Positions 8,417 to 9,357 of a DNA stretch of 9,357 nucleotides are shown in pieces. The stretch is from the sequence record SRR11831586_2169; one strand, given 5' to 3'. The notes beneath the pieces are model-generated. The model was not told the DNA's origin, did not search any database, and worked only from the letters and a program-made list of their open reading frames with translations. Position numbers and translations under genes: made by a program. Position 1 is the stretch's first letter, and each line of letters opens with the position of its first letter.

Positions 8417-8449
8417 TGAACAATTGCATTAAAGATTTAAATATGTTCA
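8417..8449. promoter_or_regulatory. LsrR operator overlapping the lsrR promoter region
   Basis: TGAACA-N21-TGTTCA, the same geometry as 8249-8281, ending 16 nt before the lsrR ATG. Confidence 0.85.
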
Positions 8450-8465
8450 AAGTGAAGAATGAATT

Positions 8466-9357
8466 ATGACAATCAACGATTCGGCAATTTCAGAACAGGG
8501 AATGTGTGAAGAAGAACAGGTCGCGCGGATCGCGTGGTTTTACTATCACGACGGGCTGACCCAGAGCGAGATCAGCGATCGTCTCGGCCTGACACGTTTG
8601 AAAGTGTCGCGATTGCTGGAGAAAGGGCATCAGTCCGGCATTATTCGCGTACAGATTAATTCTCGCTTTGAAGGCTGTCTGGAATATGAAACTCAATTAC
8701 GTCGTCAGTTTTCGCTGCAACATGTCCGGGTGATCCCTGGGCTTGCGGATGCTGATGTCGGTGGGCGACTGGGGATAGGCGCGGCGCATATGTTGATGAG
8801 TTTACTTCAACCACAACAGATGCTGGCGATTGGTTTTGGCGAGGCAACCATGAATACGCTGCAACGCTTAAGTGGTTTTATTTCGTCACAGCAAATTCGC
8901 CTGGTCACGCTCTCCGGTGGCGTCGGTTCTTATATGACGGGAATCGGGCAGCTTAACGCGGCGTGCAGTGTGAATATTATTCCGGCTCCGTTGCGGGCAT
9001 CCTCCGCTGACATTGCCCGTACGCTAAAAAATGAAAATTGCGTCAAAGATGTTCTGTTAGCCGCGCAAGCAGCGGATGTGGCGATTGTCGGCATTGGTGC
9101 TGTGAGTCAACAGGACGATGCGACAATCATTCGCTCCGGTTATATCAGCCAGGGCGAACAGTTAATGATTGGCCGAAAAGGGGCGGTTGGCGACATTTTA
9201 GGCTACTTTTTTGATGCAAAAGGTGACGTTGTCACGAATATCAAAATACATAACGAACTGATTGGCTTACCTTTAAGCGCGCTGAAGACCATACCCGTCC
9301 GGGTTGGCGTGGCAGGGGGAGAAAATAAAGCCGAAGCAATTGCCGCTGCAATGAAAG
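8466..9357 (+). CDS. lsrR: lsr operon repressor (SorC/DeoR-like sugar-binding regulator), 3'-truncated by the window
   Basis: ATG 8466 gives [54 protein letters not shown] (SorC-type HTH), then [24 protein letters not shown] and [13 protein letters not shown]. The frame stays open to the window end, which is why it is absent from the ORF track. Confidence 0.97.
   Translation, partial: MTINDSAISEQGMCEEEQVARIAWFYYHDGLTQSEISDRLGLTRLKVSRLLEKGHQSGIIRVQINSRFEGCLEYETQLRRQFSLQHVRVIPGLADADVGGRLGIGAAHMLMSLLQPQQMLAIGFGEATMNTLQRLSGFISSQQIRLVTLSGGVGSYMTGIGQLNAACSVNIIPAPLRASSADIARTLKNENCVKDVLLAAQAADVAIVGIGAVSQQDDATIIRSGYISQGEQLMIGRKGAVGDILGYFFDAKGDVVTNIKIHNELIGLPLSALKTIPVRVGVAGGENKAEAIAAAMK
9223..9235. 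other. matS site (MatP-binding, Ter macrodomain)
   Basis: GTGACGTTGTCAC is an exact match to the consensus GTGACRNYGTCAC, inside the lsrR coding sequence. Confidence 0.85.

Noticed and set aside
8490..8847. Minus-strand ORFs 8490-8696 and 8656-8847
   Set aside because: They are antisense to the clear lsrR frame starting at 8466.
1..9357. A novel gene system, CRISPR array, IS/prophage, REP/BIME cluster or RNA gene
   Set aside because: All long ORFs are recognisable core E. coli genes in known order. I saw no repeat-spacer arrays, terminal inverted repeats, REP consensus or tRNA/rRNA-like sequence by eye.

Overview
This is an Escherichia coli-type (K-12-like) core chromosomal segment from the replication terminus region. 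In order it carries the 3' end of uxaB (+), a Rho-independent terminator, the Tus-binding replication terminator TerC (528-550), yneE (bestrophin-family channel, +), and convergent tam. Next come the complete AI-2 uptake/catabolism operon lsrACDBFG (-), the divergent lsrA-lsrR control region (two 33-bp LsrR operators, two CRP sites), and lsrR (+, truncated by the window end and missed by the ORF track). The genes are well characterised and I see no new gene system, mobile element or CRISPR. The less obvious content is a layer of chromosome-architecture signals: TerC, a perfect matS site inside lsrR and a KOPS octamer inside lsrB. More speculative observations include inverted degenerate Ter-like copies and a hairpin next to TerC, a strong CRP-like site upstream of yneE, and helical phasing of the LsrR operators with an extra midpoint half-site.
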